Positions 60,782 through 64,000 of a DNA stretch of 64,000 bases are shown here, in pieces. Origin of the DNA: Salinivirgaceae bacterium (lineage in GTDB: Bacteria > Bacteroidota > Bacteroidia > Bacteroidales > SZUA-534); the NCBI GenBank assembly GCA_017617355.1, contig JAFZWI010000002.1, forward strand, positions 19,640-83,639, given 5' to 3'. Below the pieces are notes generated by a model. It was not told the origin of the DNA and did not search any database. It worked only from the letters and a program-made list of their open reading frames with translations. Every line of letters starts with the position of its first letter. The first letter of the stretch is position 1. The translations under genes and the position numbers were made by a program.

Positions 60782-62173
60782 ATGATGAACAACAAACAAA
60801 CGGCCTTGTTTGGCATTGACGACCGTCCGCAACCGAAATACAAGGTCGGGCAAATGGTTCGCGTATCGTCGTGGGGGCAATACGATTTTGCTTACATAAA
60901 GTCGGTTAAATGGTGGAATTTGTTTGATACCTACAAATACGAACTGACAGCCTTTCACGGCGGCGATTACCACGAAAAGAAAGAATACGACATTAGGCCA
61001 ATTGGTAGTTTTGATTTGAAATACGATGAAGAAAAGGCATATACAATCAACCCGCCCGAATGTGAGGTGGGCGACAAAATTTTCGCAAAGAAAGTTAATC
61101 GGACATACACGGTAAGAGACATTAACCTTTATGGCGTTGACCACAAATACAAGTACAACAAACGCGGACTACGTGTTGTGTCAAAATCAACAGCGTCCTA
61201 CATATACCGTTTGGAAGAAACTGATTCGCCGGTATGGAGTGGTGAATTTAAAGTGCTTCCCAAAGAATCTCCCGACAGCGACAAATCCAAACGCATACGC
61301 ATTGCCGAGGCCGAAGCAGAGGCCGCGCTTGCGCTGCTGGAGTTAGTGAAGATTGGTAATGAGCCGAAGCGCGGTGATGTTTACACGCTGCCCAAAAAGT
61401 TTGAAAAACCCGACGCTTGGTTAAGCGCAAGCGACAAGGATAGATACGATTTTTATTCAGTCGCCGATGTTGTCAGCAACGGCAATATCATTGTTATTGA
61501 TGAGCAAACATATAAAAGCGAATGGTATTCTGCTGACGAATTTAAACGCGCTGGCTTCAAATTTCACCACCACCAACCCGATTACGGAAAGGTTGGCGGC
61601 ATAAGCGGAATCGAAAGAAAAAATGTCGAAATTCACCGCCGGAGCAAACACGGACAAATGGGCGAGATTGACAACTTTGAAGAACGGCACGCGCTGTATC
61701 TTAAACTGCTGAACGACAGCAACTATTATGATGTGATGTTCAAACCCGAAAACGGCGGTTTGAAAGCTGTGCATTATGGGCATAACTTTGACAAAGAAAA
61801 AGGTCATTACGAAAAAGAAGTGATGAGATATGCTTATCAAAATGGTTATTGCGTCATATTAGAAAATGAGCAAGGAAAAAATATCGGCGAGAACTACACG
61901 GAAGGGCTTTGGAATGAAGATGTATTTGAGTTAGCTACTTGCGAAAACGCAAATAGTAACAACAATAACATTGTCAATGGTCTAAAGCATTGCGCGTCAA
62001 AAGACGATACAAAAACAGCAATTTTATATTTCTATAAAGGCGTTTTTATCGAAGCCGATGTTGATAGAGCAATAAGGCGTTATAATGGGCTAAAAAACAC
62101 GCTAACCTATTATAAGGCGTTTACTGCCATTTATATAGTTGATAAGTGGGGTAATATTTATAAGATGAGATAA
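60782..62173 (+). CDS. two SH3-like modules + AEAEA linker + AT-rich C-terminal domain of unknown function (effector candidate)
   Basis: Start at MMNNKQTALFG. It has YKVGQMVRVSSWGQYDFAYIKSV and CEVGDKIFAKKVNRTYTVRDI, then RIRIAEAEAEAALALLEL. The C-terminal region of about 270 aa has no recognised motif. Confidence 0.6.
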   Translation: MMNNKQTALFGIDDRPQPKYKVGQMVRVSSWGQYDFAYIKSVKWWNLFDTYKYELTAFHGGDYHEKKEYDIRPIGSFDLKYDEEKAYTINPPECEVGDKIFAKKVNRTYTVRDINLYGVDHKYKYNKRGLRVVSKSTASYIYRLEETDSPVWSGEFKVLPKESPDSDKSKRIRIAEAEAEAALALLELVKIGNEPKRGDVYTLPKKFEKPDAWLSASDKDRYDFYSVADVVSNGNIIVIDEQTYKSEWYSADEFKRAGFKFHHHQPDYGKVGGISGIERKNVEIHRRSKHGQMGEIDNFEERHALYLKLLNDSNYYDVMFKPENGGLKAVHYGHNFDKEKGHYEKEVMRYAYQNGYCVILENEQGKNIGENYTEGLWNEDVFELATCENANSNNNNIVNGLKHCASKDDTKTAILYFYKGVFIEADVDRAIRRYNGLKNTLTYYKAFTAIYIVDKWGNIYKMR

Positions 62174-62225
62174 AAAAAGGTATGGGAGGCTCCACCGAAA
62201 GTGGTACACCCCCCACAACGCAAAT

Positions 62226-63095
62226 ATGAAAATAATATTTGAAACCGCAAAACAAAATCGGAAAAAAATGATACTCGACAAATTCAACCCCAAATTCAAC
62301 CCGACACCGGCGCAGAAACGCGCATATCGGGCGGAAATGAACAAATACATTCGCACCGCGCACCCAATTCAGCCAATCAACGGCTTGGACGGTTTTGAGC
62401 CGCGCCACAACGAGCCAGCCGAGCCGCAGCCAGTCAAGCGCAAGTTGCAGAAAAGCGACCAAATGAATAGTATGGACTTTATGCAGGAAAAGTTTGAAAT
62501 CATACCGCTTACTGGCCGGTGGAAGAAGCTAATCGGCTATCCTCAATCGGACAGCAAGATTATGTTTTATGGCAAGCCCGGAAACGGGAAAAGCACGCTG
62601 GCGCTCCAGTTTGCCGGTTACACCTCGCGGACGCTGGGCAGCAAAACGCTCTACGTTACCAGTGAGGAACCGTTCTCGTACACGTTGCAAGAGAAATTAA
62701 AGAGGCTGGGCGTAGCTAACCCTAATTTGACAATTACCGGCGAATTTCCTGCCGATGTCAGCAAATACAAGTATATCTTCATTGATTCGGTTAATAATTG
62801 CGGAATGAAACCCGAAGATGTAAGGAATTTGCCGCCCGACCATTTTTACGTGTATGTTTTTCAAACCACCAAAAGCGGTGCGTTCCGTGGCTCACAAGAG
62901 TATTTGCACGATGTTGACGCGGAAATAAAAGTCGAGGCAATGAGAGCCGTGGCTGGCAAGAATCGTTTTGGCGGCTACGAGGAAATTGAGGTGTTGCCGC
63001 AGCGCAACGAGCCGTCAGCCGCGAAGCCGAAGCCAAAATCGAAACGCGCCAAAGGCCGCGAACTACTGGCGCAGACGCTGGCAGGGTTGAAATAA
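62226..63095 (+). CDS. RecA/KaiC-superfamily ATPase
   Basis: Walker A YGKPGNGKSTLALQFAG and Walker B-like YIFIDSVN. The N-terminal extension is basic and contains PINGLDGFEP. Confidence 0.65.
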   Translation: MKIIFETAKQNRKKMILDKFNPKFNPTPAQKRAYRAEMNKYIRTAHPIQPINGLDGFEPRHNEPAEPQPVKRKLQKSDQMNSMDFMQEKFEIIPLTGRWKKLIGYPQSDSKIMFYGKPGNGKSTLALQFAGYTSRTLGSKTLYVTSEEPFSYTLQEKLKRLGVANPNLTITGEFPADVSKYKYIFIDSVNNCGMKPEDVRNLPPDHFYVYVFQTTKSGAFRGSQEYLHDVDAEIKVEAMRAVAGKNRFGGYEEIEVLPQRNEPSAAKPKPKSKRAKGRELLAQTLAGLK

Positions 63096-63150
63096 GAAGC
63101 GGCAATTAAATTTTTATTACCTTTGCCGCTGAATTTTAAAACACTACACT

Positions 63151-63315
63151 ATGATAACCGCAGATTTTTTTAGCGACACGCCTGCAATATCGGGCAAGGA
63201 CGCAGAAAGGTTTTTAAAGGCAATGGAAGCCCCCAAGCCGCTACCGAAAGAGCAACTGGCGGAAATGCGTCGTGCGTACCAAAATTTTTTATCGAGAAGA
63301 GTTGTAAAAAAGTGA
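63151..63315 (+). CDS. small ORF (54 aa), antitoxin candidate for the second GNAT
   Basis: Not in the track. Hand-translated: MITADFFSDTPAISGKDAERFLKAMEAPKPLPKEQLAEMRRAYQNFLSRRVVKK. It ends 3 nt before the GNAT ATG and resembles the small ORF at 15646..15801. Confidence 0.55.
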   Translation: MITADFFSDTPAISGKDAERFLKAMEAPKPLPKEQLAEMRRAYQNFLSRRVVKK

Positions 63316-63318
63316 TTT

Positions 63319-63894
63319 ATGGTAGGGTCTATTGACGATTTCGATTGGCGTTGGGATATTTTGAATGAGAATATTTCAGTTGATGATTTTGTGTGTGAAA
63401 AACACCACGAATTTGAAGATTTCCTCAAAAATGCGGCTCTACTATACCAAGAAGAACGATTGGCTATTACGTATGTGATTCTTGTTGGCAACAAACTGAT
63501 AGCGTACTACTCGCTTGCAACCGACAAGGTTGTGATGAATGACAGCGATAAAAATCTTTGGAAGCGGCTATCGAAGAAAATACCTTTTGACAAAAGGCGC
63601 AGAGGGTACCCTGCATTAAAGCTATGCCAATTAGCGGTTGATGATAATTATGCACATAATGGTTTTGGAAAGCAAATAATAACACAAGTTATGCTTTCCG
63701 CTTCGGACTTTAAAGTAGGTTGTCGATTTATAACTGTTGACGCATTACCCGAAGCCGAAGATTTTTATAAGAAAATGGGCTTTACGCGGCTATCCGGCAC
63801 ACCTAATCCGAAAAACGACACTATCCCAATGTATTTTGATTTGGGCAGAATTGAGGCGCAGCCCGAAAACCAAAACGAGGAAACCAATCAATGA
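63319..63894 (+). CDS. GNAT-family acetyltransferase, TacT/AtaT-like toxin candidate (paralogue of 15134..15655)
   Basis: 191 aa with YPALKLCQLAVDDNYAHNGFGKQII...CRFITVDALPEAEDFYKKMGFTRL...DTIPMYFDL. Confidence 0.7.
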   Translation: MVGSIDDFDWRWDILNENISVDDFVCEKHHEFEDFLKNAALLYQEERLAITYVILVGNKLIAYYSLATDKVVMNDSDKNLWKRLSKKIPFDKRRRGYPALKLCQLAVDDNYAHNGFGKQIITQVMLSASDFKVGCRFITVDALPEAEDFYKKMGFTRLSGTPNPKNDTIPMYFDLGRIEAQPENQNEETNQ

Positions 63895-64000
63895 TTTCCT
63901 CACTTTGTTTACTTTCTCTTTCGGTTATTCTTTCGTTTCTTCCTGCGTTTGTCGGCTGCTTTGCTTTTGGCGTTTGCCCGACCACCAAACATTTTGCCGA

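Larger units (their letters stand above)
2609..64000. mobile_element. integrated temperate phage (prophage); left end at tRNA-Lys, right end not identified in the window
   Basis: tRNA followed by arm-type repeats and a tyrosine integrase. Downstream lie fibre genes, an XRE/Cro switch, a replication module and many small phage-like ORFs. No second copy of the tRNA 3' end was seen. Confidence 0.85.

Noticed and set aside
63895-64000. Right prophage boundary (attR) and a possible minus-strand ORF entering at the window edge (for example ...GKMFGGRANAKSKAADKRRKKRKNNRKRK, stop at 63909..63911)
   Set aside because: Too little sequence is available. More than one frame is open over about 90 nt, and no copy of the tRNA-Lys 3' end was found. 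Neither a gene nor an att site can be called.

Overview
The window opens with about 2.6 kb of Bacteroidota-style chromosome: a partial CDS, purA, a SAM-methyltransferase and tRNA-Lys(UUU). From the tRNA to at least 63.9 kb it is one integrated temperate phage, and no attR is visible in the window.

Prophage layout, left to right:
- **Integration (2.6-4.3 kb):** repeated arm-type sites and a tyrosine integrase.
- **Late arm (4.5-32.3 kb, minus strand):** at least six fibre or spike-like proteins carrying collagen, S74-chaperone and Cys-rich repeats. It also holds a glycosyltransferase, a cassette of small membrane proteins, a GNAT toxin-like moron, and large low-complexity membrane-anchored proteins. 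I cannot recognise a terminase, portal or HK97-type capsid gene.
- **Switch region (32.3-35.2 kb):** iterons, a MazF-like pair, an XRE repressor co-transcribed with a 3-TM protein, a Cro-like gene and a nested hairpin.
- **Early genes (35-49 kb, plus strand):** a J-domain protein, a replication organiser with internal iterons, a DnaC-like loader, a DUF2829/Tad2-like protein and several small Cys-rich paralogues.
- **Seven-gene operon (49.5-63.1 kb):** my best candidate for a novel system. It reads like a split P1 DarB / polyvalent-protein module: an N6-methyltransferase, a strawberry-notch helicase, nuclease-like and unknown effector domains, and a RecA-like ATPase. Shared linker motifs tie the genes together, and a second GNAT module follows the operon.

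All functional calls come from reading motifs by eye. No database search was run.
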